Shown here: piece by piece, positions 44,026 through 52,993 of the stretch
How the letters are laid out: each line of letters opens with the position of its first letter
How positions within the stretch are numbered: position 1 is the first letter of the stretch
IMG/VR virus record: IMGVR_UViG_3300036859_000142
Span: 1-55,211 of that record
DNA from: a virus
Lineage: Duplodnaviria; Caudoviricetes
Strand: one strand, 5' to 3'
DNA: 55,211 bases
The notes under the pieces: generated by a model
Told to the model about the DNA's origin: nothing
The model's input: the letters and a program-made list of their open reading frames with translations, nothing else
The model's database searches: none
Translations under genes and position numbers: made by a program

Positions 44026-44301
44026 CCGCTAGACCAATTGCTCAAAGAGTCGTCGCGCGAGATCCTCAGCTTTAGAAAACCCGGTGTTTGTCAATCGGTA
44101 GACGCCGCCCTTGGCGCGTCCGGCCTTGCGGTGGGGGATGGAGCCGTGGACGGCTGCGGCCTTCCTGCACTATCTCCGCACGACCAAGATGTTCTCGCTC
44201 GACATGGGCTATGACGAATTATGGAAGTGGTGGGAAAGTGGGATCGCGGCTGATGCGCACGTCCGGGCGCTGCTGATCGATGCTGCGAAGGACGACCGGC
44301 T

Positions 44302-44487
44302 ATGACTCGTGACGAGGTGGAGACACACGAAAAAGCTGTCTTACTGGGTTTGGTGACGGGTGCGTATATCGCACGGAAAGTCGAATGGCCGTTGGCAGAA
44401 TTTATGCGCGCTGCGCTGCTGGCGTGGGAATGGAAAAGGCACGAAGCGTCACCGTCCGCCGACGCGGTACGGGAGGAGCCTCGGTGA
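44302..44487 (+). CDS. Hypothetical protein
   Basis: 61 aa; ATGA overlap. Confidence 0.45.
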   Translation: MTRDEVETHEKAVLLGLVTGAYIARKVEWPLAEFMRAALLAWEWKRHEASPSADAVREEPR

Positions 44488-44525
44488 ACACCGGATTCGC
44501 CTTCGCGTATGGGAAATTTCCTTCT
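44461..44525 (-). repeat. CGCG-N37-CGCG dispersed element, copy 1
   Basis: Minus strand CGCGAAGG...CCCGTACCGCGTC. Confidence 0.7.
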
Positions 44526-44561
44526 TAGCTTTTGAGGTTTTGGATGCCCCGAGACACCCCT

Positions 44562-44873
44562 ATGTGGCATTTCAACGAATTAACACCGGCCGAAGATGAG
44601 CGGTTGGCGCTGTTGCTCGAAGAGTGCGGCGAAGTCATTCAGGTCATCGGCAAGATTCAGCGGCACGGGTACCTGAGTCACGACCCAACATCACAGGCCC
44701 AGTATCCACCGAATAACCGCGATTTGCTGGCGAAAGAACTCGGGGATGTGCTCGCGGCGATCACGATGATGGAAGCGGGCCGGGATATTGTCTCTAGCGA
44801 AATACTGACTCGGCGCGACGTGAAGCTTAAGAAGGTTCGCAAGTATCTCCATCATCAGCCGGAGCCAAAGTGA
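44562..44873 (+). CDS. MazG-like NTP pyrophosphohydrolase
   Basis: LLLEECGEVIQ...K..RHG...LAKELGDVLA. Confidence 0.8.
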   Translation: MWHFNELTPAEDERLALLLEECGEVIQVIGKIQRHGYLSHDPTSQAQYPPNNRDLLAKELGDVLAAITMMEAGRDIVSSEILTRRDVKLKKVRKYLHHQPEPK

Positions 44874-44925
44874 TGCCTGGCGCCACCCCAGCCGATCCCC
44901 GACAGCCGAGAGAGGCAGACATCTG

Positions 44926-45114
44926 ATGAAGGTTAGCGTTGTTCGCTTATCGAGTGGGTATTTCCACGTACGCGGCGTTGGGCCGTGTAATTGGGCGCAA
45001 CCCGCATACTGGCCGTGTAGCGAAGAGTCATTGCGAAAGGCCGCGTTTCCACAAGCCTGCGAAGAATTTATCCGCTCAGCCTTGGCGCTCCCGCCGCAGG
45101 AGGAGGACGAGTGA
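44926..45114 (+). CDS. Hypothetical protein
   Basis: 62 aa with SD. Confidence 0.55.
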   Translation: MKVSVVRLSSGYFHVRGVGPCNWAQPAYWPCSEESLRKAAFPQACEEFIRSALALPPQEEDE

Positions 45115-45122
45115 CGGATCGG

Positions 45123-45181
45123 AAAGATTTTGCGCGCGTGGGCGGACAACGCTGACTCGACCTACGGGATCTACCGCGTCA
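45123..45181 (+). repeat. CGCG-N38-CGCG dispersed element, copy 2
   Basis: AAAGATTTTG-CGCG...GGATCTAC-CGCG-TCA. Confidence 0.75.
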
Positions 45182-45199
45182 TAAGCCGGAGGTGATTCG

Positions 45200-45598
45200 A
45201 TGCGCGGCGACTTCGACGAAGACGAGATTGAAGACGAGAGGTATTACCAGGACATTGAGGATCCGTACTGCCATCGGTGCGACAACAAGGGCACCATCAT
45301 CGTCTGTGTGGACGATATGTGTCGCGGCGCGGGCGAGTGTATGCACGGCGACGGGGAAATCATCTGTCCCGATTGCAAAGGCGAGAACAGTAGTCTCACT
45401 GAAGCGGAGATGCTGATCCGGTTGCACGCCGAGTGCATGCGGTATCCGTCCGACAGTCTGACGGCGCAGCGATTAGGCGTCTCACGGGGTCATCTGTGCC
45501 ACGTCCTGAAGGGGCGAAAGCCGATCACGGAGAGTCTCGCGCTGGCGATGGGCTATGAGCGACAGGTGTTCTATCGTAAACGTCAGAGGCCAAAGTGA
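45200..45598 (+). CDS. Zn-finger plus HTH protein
   Basis: CHRC...C.DD.C....C.HG...CPDC, then AQRLGVSRGHLCHVLKGRK; GGAGGTG SD. Confidence 0.7.
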   Translation: MRGDFDEDEIEDERYYQDIEDPYCHRCDNKGTIIVCVDDMCRGAGECMHGDGEIICPDCKGENSSLTEAEMLIRLHAECMRYPSDSLTAQRLGVSRGHLCHVLKGRKPITESLALAMGYERQVFYRKRQRPK

Positions 45599-45605
45599 GG
45601 TGTGG

Positions 45606-46043
45606 ATGCCCCGAGACACCCCAGCCGAGCCCCGACAGAATGAGAAAGAGAAAGATTTAGAGTCGCGAATGGACACACAAGCTAATTCCAACGACGCCCG
45701 TACCGCGCCGACCGTTGCGCCCAGTTCGCACACGCCTGGACCGTGGGATTACCGGCCGATGGAGTTTGACGATTGGGGATGGGTGCGCGCTCGCAACGGC
45801 GGCGAGATCGTCGCGCGCGCTGGCGGCTTCGCGTCTGAGGAAGAGCAGGCGAGACACCGCACGGCTGGTACGGACCCATACGAGGCCAACGCGCGTCTGA
45901 TCGCCGCTGCGCCTGACTTGTTGGTCGCGCTCAGGATGTGCCGAGCCGTCATTGGTTGCGGTTCACGTGGAGCACGGATCCGCGCTGAACCAGAAGCGAT
46001 TGCGATCGCTGAGGCCGCCATCGCTCGCGCGGAGGGCCGATGA
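45606..46043 (+). CDS. Conserved phage protein (HTPGPW / NARLIAAAPDLL family)
   Basis: HTPGPW...EANARLIAAAPDLL...AAIARAEGR. Confidence 0.8.
   Translation: MPRDTPAEPRQNEKEKDLESRMDTQANSNDARTAPTVAPSSHTPGPWDYRPMEFDDWGWVRARNGGEIVARAGGFASEEEQARHRTAGTDPYEANARLIAAAPDLLVALRMCRAVIGCGSRGARIRAEPEAIAIAEAAIARAEGR
45651..45710 (+). repeat. CGCG-N36-CGCG dispersed element, copy 3
   Basis: AAAGATTTAGAGT-CGCG-AATGG...CCCGTAC-CGCG. Confidence 0.7.
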
Positions 46044-46768
46044 GCGGAGAAGAGAATCGTTTTCTTGTTGGTCAGGAGCACATGCCTGACTGCCCGGCGA
46101 CGACGCCACCGTTTGCGGGTAGTTGCACCTGTCCGAAAGACGGTGGGAACCAGCCTCCAAGTGGAGTGCGCGGAGATCCAGGGGTCGATCGTACGTCCAA
46201 CGATGACACTCGCGACAACGGATCTTCTTTATCTTCAACAACTTATCTGGGTGACGCCAGCCCCGGACTCGTGGAGAGGCTGATAAAAGCTGCGCGTAAT
46301 GCGGATTGGATACAAGTGGTGCTGAATCAAGGCCCGCCATGTTTTCATTTCGAGGCTGATCGCGTGCGGTTCTGTCTACGCGCACAGCGGTGGGCTGGGC
46401 ATTCTGACGACGCTGGTGACATCGGGCACCGATTTATCTCACTAGCCGATTTACTTGAAGCCGCGTTGGCCCTCTCCGGAGCGGAGCTCGCCCAACTCAA
46501 GAGCGACCTTGCAAGAACAACTGAGGCCTGGGCTATTGCAGCTGATGATCGAGACGAGGCTAACGGATTATTGCGGGCGGCGGAAGCCGAACTCGCCCGC
46601 CTGGCGCCGTATGTCCAACACAAGAGCGATTGCGCGTCTCAGGGTGGATACGACCATGTCGGCCAAGACGAAGACGGGAATGCCGTTCATCTTGGTCACG
46701 AACCTTATCCCTGCACCTGCGGGTTACAGCAAGAGCACGACGCGCCCACCCAGCAGGAGACGCCGTGA
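46040..46768 (+). CDS. Hypothetical mosaic protein
   Basis: 242 aa; coupled at both ends. Confidence 0.6.
   Translation: MSGEENRFLVGQEHMPDCPATTPPFAGSCTCPKDGGNQPPSGVRGDPGVDRTSNDDTRDNGSSLSSTTYLGDASPGLVERLIKAARNADWIQVVLNQGPPCFHFEADRVRFCLRAQRWAGHSDDAGDIGHRFISLADLLEAALALSGAELAQLKSDLARTTEAWAIAADDRDEANGLLRAAEAELARLAPYVQHKSDCASQGGYDHVGQDEDGNAVHLGHEPYPCTCGLQQEHDAPTQQETP
46166..46231 (-). repeat. CGCG-N38-CGCG dispersed element, copy 4
   Basis: Minus strand AAAGAAGATCCGTTGT-CGCG...GGATCTC-CGCG. Confidence 0.65.
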
Positions 46769-47022
46769 CCAACTGGCAGCCGATTGAGACAGCGCCGAAG
46801 GATGGGACCGTGCTCCGTCTCAAGCGCGTCTACAACGGTGCCGTCATTGCCGATGGGCGCGGCTATTTCGGCAGCGCGACAATCCACTATGCGATCGAAG
46901 ACGGTGGACCCGCGACATTCCACCTCATCTGGGCTGCTGAGGATGGGCGCCATTTCTTTCCGATGCCCACGCACTGGGCTCCTGTAGCGCCGCAGGAGGA
47001 GGAGCCACGAGTAGAAAAATGA
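46765..47022 (+). CDS. DUF551-like phage protein
   Basis: WQPIETAPKDGT...PTHW.P. Confidence 0.8.
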   Translation: MTNWQPIETAPKDGTVLRLKRVYNGAVIADGRGYFGSATIHYAIEDGGPATFHLIWAAEDGRHFFPMPTHWAPVAPQEEEPRVEK

Positions 47023-47023
47023 G

Positions 47024-47083
47024 AAAGACTATGCGCGAAGGTGTACTCCCAAAGTCATTCGCTAAGACTTCCGTACCGCGTCA
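47024..47083 (+). repeat. CGCG-N39-CGCG dispersed element, copy 5
   Basis: AAAGACTATG-CGCG-AAGG...TCCGTAC-CGCG-TCA. Confidence 0.75.
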
Positions 47084-47104
47084 ACGGCTGGAGGTGATTC
47101 GATC

Positions 47105-47542
47105 ATGAGCAGAAGCGGCTATTCGGACGATTGCGACGACGAGATTCCCATCCAGTTGTATCGTCAGGCTGTTTGTAGGGCCACGAGAGGCTACCGAGGG
47201 CAGCATCTCCTTCGCCAGCTCCTCGCTGCGTTGGATGCGATGCCCTCGAAACGCCTTATCACCAAAGCCATTCGGGACACGTCAGGAGATGTCTGCGCAC
47301 TCGGCGCGCTGGATCCAAATGCGCCAGCCTCTGATGCTGACGATTTAGACGACTGGGAATACTCGCAAAAGCTCGCCAAGCATTTCAATGTGGCTCGTGC
47401 GCTCGCCTCCGAGATCGTCTACATGAACGACGAATACGACGCGTGGCGAACGGACAACGAGACGCCAGAGGAGCGCTGGACGCGCATGCGCGCATGGGTA
47501 GCCAGCCAGATTTTGCCCACCCAGACGCCTGAGACCCCATGA
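47105..47542 (+). CDS. Conserved phage hypothetical protein
   Basis: MSRSGYSDD...RGQ.LLR.LL.ALDAMP.KRLI...VCALG...EIVY.NDE...ETPE.RW.RMRAWV. Confidence 0.8.
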   Translation: MSRSGYSDDCDDEIPIQLYRQAVCRATRGYRGQHLLRQLLAALDAMPSKRLITKAIRDTSGDVCALGALDPNAPASDADDLDDWEYSQKLAKHFNVARALASEIVYMNDEYDAWRTDNETPEERWTRMRAWVASQILPTQTPETP

Positions 47543-47739
47543 ACGCCGAGCGCCTTCCAGATCCGGAACGCTGTAAACGTTGCCCGACATTCGGGTGGGT
47601 CATTGCCAGTCGGAAGCGTCGCGGCTTTCGCTGGCGTCGCCATATATGTCCCAACTGCGGATTGAAATGGAGCTCGTGGCAGTCACGGCTCAACCCGCGG
47701 AATATTCGGATCAGCTCGCGCGGCGGTGCTAGCCGATAG
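47539..47739 (+). CDS. NrdR-like Zn-ribbon protein (possible late regulator)
   Basis: CKRC....VI.SR.....WRR..C.NC...W.S; last early gene. Confidence 0.55.
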   Translation: MNAERLPDPERCKRCPTFGWVIASRKRRGFRWRRHICPNCGLKWSSWQSRLNPRNIRISSRGGASR

Positions 47740-47829
47740 CACTGTTGCGTTTCCAGCCAAATTAAAGCGCACACTTCCGTTCCAGCCTTCTTCGCCGTGC
47801 ACCGGCGCCACTTCGTTTACCGCAATGTT

Positions 47830-47991
47830 ATGGAAATACAAGTGCGCCTTGCGTTGGACGATGACTTCGTGACGCTCCTGAAGGCGTTATTTGCCCCTCG
47901 TGGGTTGACGGCGGAGGATGAGGATCTGGTGTATCTCAGGCTGAAACAGGCCGTGGAGCGCGTTGAAGCTGTTGCCATGAAACAATTGTGA
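47830..47991 (+). CDS. Hypothetical protein
   Basis: First ORF of the late block. Confidence 0.45.
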   Translation: MEIQVRLALDDDFVTLLKALFAPRGLTAEDEDLVYLRLKQAVERVEAVAMKQL

Positions 47992-48000
47992 GGAGATGAG

Positions 48001-48228
48001 ATGGCCACGAAAGGTGATTTTGACGCACTGGTGACCCGGCTGAATGCAGCCACGAACGTGATCGCGGCCAAGCTCGCGGCGGCTCGCACGGCCCTCGCTG
48101 ACGCGCTGGCCACAGCAGGCGTCCCCGCCGATCAGGAAGCGGCAGCCTTGGCGGACATTGACAACGCGGTGAAAGCGCTCGAGGCCATGGGCGCGGATCC
48201 GGCGGCACCCGTTCCCGATCAGGTCTAA
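48001..48228 (+). CDS. Small Ala-rich helical protein
   Basis: GAGGAG SD; 75 aa. Confidence 0.7.
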   Translation: MATKGDFDALVTRLNAATNVIAAKLAAARTALADALATAGVPADQEAAALADIDNAVKALEAMGADPAAPVPDQV

Positions 48229-48233
48229 AGGGT

Positions 48234-51062
48234 ATGCGCTGGTTCTGGCTGGCGCTGCTTCTGGTCGCGGCGCCGGCCTCTGCGCAACTCCATACCGGCC
48301 ATTCCGGCCTCGCGCACGGGATCCCGGATCTCTGCGCAGCGGATGCAGTGGCGTTGATCGTCCCGGCTGGACAATCGCGCGTGTTCTCTGGTGTCCAGTC
48401 TATATCTTGTCTCGGCATTCACGGAACCGCGACGCTGGATGGCACCGCGCGGCTGTTGGTCACGACGATCCTGATCTATGACGATGGATCGTTGACTGTG
48501 CAGGACGGCGCGCAGATCACCTATCGGAACACCCCTCTCAATACCACCCTCGATCCAGAACAGTACGGCAATGGTCTGATCGGGCTTGGGCGGTTGCGGG
48601 TCCTCGGGGCTCCCGTTGCGCCGTTCGTGCGCCTCACGGCGGATGTGGAGGCTGGGGCGACCGTCCTTCGGCTTTCCGTCCAAGGCAACTGGCGTGTCGG
48701 GCATCGCCTCTGGATCCCAGACACGCATCAGACCGTAGCGAGTGATCTGCTTCCAGGCTTCCCTGATACAAACGTGGCCGCCCGGCGAATCGATCAAGGC
48801 GAAGTCTGCACGCTGGCCGCAATCACAACCACAACTGTCACGTGTGCGCAGCCGCTGCAGTTCGCCCACCTGGGCGCGCATAGTCCGGCCATGAATGGAC
48901 GGCCGGCGATCGATCTCTACCCGCACGTCGCGAACCTGACGCGCGGGATCGTGTTCCGGTCGGAGAACCCGTTAGGCGTACGCGCCCATTCCCTCTTCAG
49001 TCAACGGGCTGACGTTCAGATCCGAGGCGCGGCCTTTGTCGACATGGGCCGGACGCTCGGCATCCGGTTGGACGACACCACGTTCAACTCAGACGGACTC
49101 GTCGCGCATGTGGGCCGCAACCAACGTGCGCGGTATCCGGTCCATTTCCATCACGTCTTCGGCCCGGTGACTACGCCCGATCCCTATCAATTCATCATCG
49201 CCGACAGCGTCATCGAGCACGGGCAGAAGTGGGGGATCGCCATTCATAACAGCTCGTGGGGCCTCGTGCAGGAGAACATCGTTGTCGATGCGAGTGGCGC
49301 GGGCATTCTCACCGAAGATGGCAACGAAACAGAGAATACGTTCGACCGAAATTTCGTCTCGAGCGTAGAGAACCGGGCGGGGAGCGAAGAGTTCTCGCCG
49401 TTGTTTACCTACGACGTGGACGCCACTGGCGGCACGGCGGTGCGCGGAACCGCCTTTTGGTTCAAAGCCATGAACCAGCGGGTAACGAACAACATCGCAT
49501 ACGCGTCGCGGTCGTGTTATGCCTGGTACACCGGCAATTCGGAAGGCGAACCCACCGATCCTCAGGCGACGTCCCACCCACAACGAATTCCCCGGTTCAG
49601 AGGCGCGGATACCACGGTCGACGCGAACATCCGCATGGAGCCGAACTTCCTGCGCCCCATGCTGCCGATTGACGGCAACGAATGCGCGAGTGCCAGCCAT
49701 TTCGGCATAGAAGCCTGGTGGACGCAGGCCGGATTGGAAGGGCTGCGTCCGGACGTCACCTTCCACAACCTGCCGATCACGAACTCCACCTTCTGGCACA
49801 TCGGCGGCGTCGACAGCACAGGACAGTCGCAGGGCGGCGCGATCTCAGTCCATTACGCGGACGCGGTCGTCGACGGCGTGACGGCGGTCAACGAGGGCGG
49901 GGTCGGGCTCGCCATCGTGGCGGTGAACGATGGCGGCGGCATGGGGCTCGGCAACGGCTACGGGACGGTCAGGAACGCGGACATGCGCGGCTTCGACGGG
50001 ACGTTCCAGCACGGCGGGCAGCTCGCGCTGCCGGCGCACTGGCGCTTCACCAACTCATTCTTTCAGAACCGCGTTGGGATCGACCTGACCAACGTTGGTG
50101 AGCAAGCCAGCATCGATCACACGCTCGACGCGAACGGGAACTGGTCGCAGATCAGCACCGTCGATCTCGAGAACGTGATCTTCACGGCGTATCCCGGCGC
50201 TGCCCTGAACGCTATCCGCACGCGCTACGTCCCAGGCACGAGTCGCGGGTTCGAGGGACGGCGGCGCATCCGCATCAATGTCAAGGGACATCAAGGCAAA
50301 GCGGGGGATGACTTCCGGGTCTACTTCACGGGCCAAGCGGCAAGCGCGCCAGCGCCTGGGCCAAATGACAACCCCAGCGCCGATCCGTATTCGTTTGGGT
50401 GCCCAGAACCGCTGACCAATCAGGCGTGTTTCGACAAGTACAAGATTGCGACGCTGATGCAAGTCGCACCCGCCACGGCCACGTTGCGGCCGGAGATCGT
50501 GGGGCTGATCGGGCCGATCCCCTCTGACGAGATTCAACCGTTGCCCGCGCCTGGAGTGCCGCCGGCGCCGCCAGCGTCGGTGATTGAATGCGTGGAATGT
50601 GTTTCAAGCGTGACGCTCGGCGTGACTGTCTGGACCCTGGGCGCTGCCCATCCTGCCGGCTGGCGCATGGTACTGAGAAATGGCGTGGACACTGGCGCAG
50701 CTGGTCTCGGCTTCATTCTCGCGATCGACGGATTTCTCTACCTCTATACGGCACAAGGGAACTGGTATCGGTGGGAGCCGGCGGGCAGTTTCTGGAATGG
50801 GCCTGGCTTTCTGAAGCCCACACCAGCAACGCCAGTTCCTACGCCAACAACAAAGACGTGCCGCTATGTGGCGCCGGGATCAACAACTGAACAACAGCTC
50901 CCGGTCGGCACTGCGATTAGCGGGATCAATCAGATCGCGACGCAGGCGATCCGCTGGCCGTTGCTGCTGAGCTGGTGGTGGCAGATTGAGGCGGTACCGC
51001 GTGCATCGGCCGGTACACCCACGGCGATCGACATCACGATCACCTGTCAGGGGCCACCATGA
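48234..51062 (+). CDS. Signal-peptide G8-domain / parallel beta-helix protein
   Basis: MRWFWLALLLVAAPASA|Q; NGLIGLG, VANLTRGIVFRSEN, RYPVHFHH, GIAIHNS..GL...N...GAGI..EDG.E..N.F..N. Confidence 0.8.
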   Translation: MRWFWLALLLVAAPASAQLHTGHSGLAHGIPDLCAADAVALIVPAGQSRVFSGVQSISCLGIHGTATLDGTARLLVTTILIYDDGSLTVQDGAQITYRNTPLNTTLDPEQYGNGLIGLGRLRVLGAPVAPFVRLTADVEAGATVLRLSVQGNWRVGHRLWIPDTHQTVASDLLPGFPDTNVAARRIDQGEVCTLAAITTTTVTCAQPLQFAHLGAHSPAMNGRPAIDLYPHVANLTRGIVFRSENPLGVRAHSLFSQRADVQIRGAAFVDMGRTLGIRLDDTTFNSDGLVAHVGRNQRARYPVHFHHVFGPVTTPDPYQFIIADSVIEHGQKWGIAIHNSSWGLVQENIVVDASGAGILTEDGNETENTFDRNFVSSVENRAGSEEFSPLFTYDVDATGGTAVRGTAFWFKAMNQRVTNNIAYASRSCYAWYTGNSEGEPTDPQATSHPQRIPRFRGADTTVDANIRMEPNFLRPMLPIDGNECASASHFGIEAWWTQAGLEGLRPDVTFHNLPITNSTFWHIGGVDSTGQSQGGAISVHYADAVVDGVTAVNEGGVGLAIVAVNDGGGMGLGNGYGTVRNADMRGFDGTFQHGGQLALPAHWRFTNSFFQNRVGIDLTNVGEQASIDHTLDANGNWSQISTVDLENVIFTAYPGAALNAIRTRYVPGTSRGFEGRRRIRINVKGHQGKAGDDFRVYFTGQAASAPAPGPNDNPSADPYSFGCPEPLTNQACFDKYKIATLMQVAPATATLRPEIVGLIGPIPSDEIQPLPAPGVPPAPPASVIECVECVSSVTLGVTVWTLGAAHPAGWRMVLRNGVDTGAAGLGFILAIDGFLYLYTAQGNWYRWEPAGSFWNGPGFLKPTPATPVPTPTTKTCRYVAPGSTTEQQLPVGTAISGINQIATQAIRWPLLLSWWWQIEAVPRASAGTPTAIDITITCQGPP

Positions 51063-52993
51063 CGCGTGTAGCGCTTCTGCTGGCGTGTCTTCTGTTCGCC
51101 GTCACGGCGAACGCGCAAACCGTAGTGACGCGCACCTCTCGCCTCCATTGGACGCAAGCGGCGGCCTCGTTGGAGTTGGCGCAGGCTTTTGAGTACCGGG
51201 CGTATGTCGACGGGGTGACGCTCTGGATTCTGCAGGCGACGTGCATGGGGAGTGTCTCGCCATTTGACTGCACGGCGCCGATCCAGCCGTTATCGGTTGG
51301 GATCCATGCGATCGAATTAGCTGCCGTGGATCTTGCGGAAGGTCCACGGACCGCGCCCTTCTCTGTGGAGGTCCAAGCGGCGCCGGCGGCCCCTGGGAAC
51401 TTGGGGATCGTGGGCGAAGCGCCGCCAAATCCAGATCCACCGCCGGTCAACGCTGGACAAGTCTGCACGCCCTCTTATACGGCGCCGATAGGTATTCCCT
51501 GTCCCTCGTTCGGGATGACGGAGGTAACCGACGACGTCACGTTTACGCATTGGGTCGACAACTCGGGCACCTGTTCCGACAGTGGCGGCCGTGCCGGTAC
51601 GCCTGCCGATCCGCGCTGCACCATTCCCACGACGTTTCCGGCTGGGAGCATTGTTCAAATCCGCGGTACGCTCTATAACAACGCCGGGGCGAATAAGACC
51701 TGGACCTGCCAAGGCACGGTATCGGAGCCGGTCTTTGTGCATGGACCAAGTACGGGCACGAAGCCGGAAGTCTTCAACACGGGCCGCATCACGCTCACTG
51801 GGAGCTACTGCATCATCGAGTATCTCAATTTCAACAAAGGCCGCTTCATTGGCAATCTCGTGAGCGATAACCATCTCGTGATCCGACATACCGACGTCCA
51901 CGATCAGCTCCTTGGTGGCTGTGTCGCGATGATCGGATCGGATCTGGTGGTCTGGGACAACCATCTGCATCATTGTCAGGGGAACGATAAGCACGGCGTC
52001 AACTTCGGATTGGGGTCGGTGCGTGTGTGGGTGCTCGACAACCACATTCACCACAACGGCGGAGACGGCGTTCAGTTTCTGCATAACGGATCCGCGAATC
52101 CGCCCCAGTTCGCCTACGTCGGCCGCAACATCTTCCACAGTGACCGCGAGAACTGCATTGACATCAAGTGGGCCAGGCACGTCGTCATTTCGCAGAACAC
52201 GTGTTACGCCTATCGTGGGGCTCCACCAGATGTGGGGTTTACGTTTGACGACGGGACGACAGGCAGCGGCACGATCTACACCAGCGGATCGGATGGCACC
52301 GCGATCGCGATTGGAAGTGATGGTGGGCCGACTGATGCGTGGGTGATCTACAACACGGTCTATGACGCGGAGATCGGGATTCGCCACGAAGAATCATGCC
52401 TCACGGCGGGGTGCAGCGAGAGTACGGCTCCGCTCTATATCGTTGGGAATGTGGTCTATGACGCGCTGAGCGATTGCTTTGCCGCTGAAAAGGTCAACGG
52501 CAATGGGTATTTTCTCTATAACACGTGCGATGACGCCGCGCGGGATGGGTTTCACTGGAATTTCGGCGCTCCGAAGGAGTTGCATTTCGAGAACAACATT
52601 TTTTCCAACGTCGCCGGCAAGTCGTTAAACGTGCCCTCGGCTGGTCTGCACGCCAATTCGACGGCGGCCAACAACCTATTTTTCCCAAGCCCGGCCACGC
52701 TCACCTGGGGCAGTAAAGACACGGTTGCGCTCACCACTGACGATCTCGCGCTCTTCCCAGGCGGCCCGAATAATCACATCGGCGATCCGCGCTATGTCAA
52801 TGCGCCGCAGCATGACTATGGGATCGGCCAAGGCAGTGCGGCGATCGATGTGGCGACAGAGACGCTCGCCACACTCAACGTGCTGTTTCAAACGACATAT
52901 GGGGTGGGTGTAACCATCCTGCTGGACCATGCGGGACACGTGCGGCCCCAAGGCGCGGCCTTTGACATCGGCGCCTTTGAAGGGGCTCCCTAA
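51059..52993 (+). CDS. Signal-peptide right-handed beta-helix (pectin-lyase-like) protein
   Basis: MTRVALLLACLLFAVTANA|Q; Asn-ladder repeats (DNHIHHNGGDGVQ, RENCIDIK); C-terminal D..G..RPQG.AFDIGAFE. Confidence 0.8.
   Translation: MTRVALLLACLLFAVTANAQTVVTRTSRLHWTQAAASLELAQAFEYRAYVDGVTLWILQATCMGSVSPFDCTAPIQPLSVGIHAIELAAVDLAEGPRTAPFSVEVQAAPAAPGNLGIVGEAPPNPDPPPVNAGQVCTPSYTAPIGIPCPSFGMTEVTDDVTFTHWVDNSGTCSDSGGRAGTPADPRCTIPTTFPAGSIVQIRGTLYNNAGANKTWTCQGTVSEPVFVHGPSTGTKPEVFNTGRITLTGSYCIIEYLNFNKGRFIGNLVSDNHLVIRHTDVHDQLLGGCVAMIGSDLVVWDNHLHHCQGNDKHGVNFGLGSVRVWVLDNHIHHNGGDGVQFLHNGSANPPQFAYVGRNIFHSDRENCIDIKWARHVVISQNTCYAYRGAPPDVGFTFDDGTTGSGTIYTSGSDGTAIAIGSDGGPTDAWVIYNTVYDAEIGIRHEESCLTAGCSESTAPLYIVGNVVYDALSDCFAAEKVNGNGYFLYNTCDDAARDGFHWNFGAPKELHFENNIFSNVAGKSLNVPSAGLHANSTAANNLFFPSPATLTWGSKDTVALTTDDLALFPGGPNNHIGDPRYVNAPQHDYGIGQGSAAIDVATETLATLNVLFQTTYGVGVTILLDHAGHVRPQGAAFDIGAFEGAP

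Noticed and set aside
43775-44100. tmRNA or functional tRNA-Ala
   Set aside because: The acceptor halves are only 73 nt apart, leaving no tag reading frame, and canonical D and anticodon stems are missing
43720-44214. 164-aa ORF after the second transposase
   Set aside because: No recognisable motif, and it overlies hairpins and the tRNA-like element, which explain the region better
40017-44372. Defined ends for the outer IS1595 element (candidates ~40019, ~44106, ~44371)
   Set aside because: Only partial similarity around (C)AAAC(C/A)C and no matching target duplication
44461-47083. CRISPR or TIGR array
   Set aside because: Units are dispersed and in both orientations, conserved parts are short, and I saw no tandem repeat-spacer periodicity or cas/tas gene
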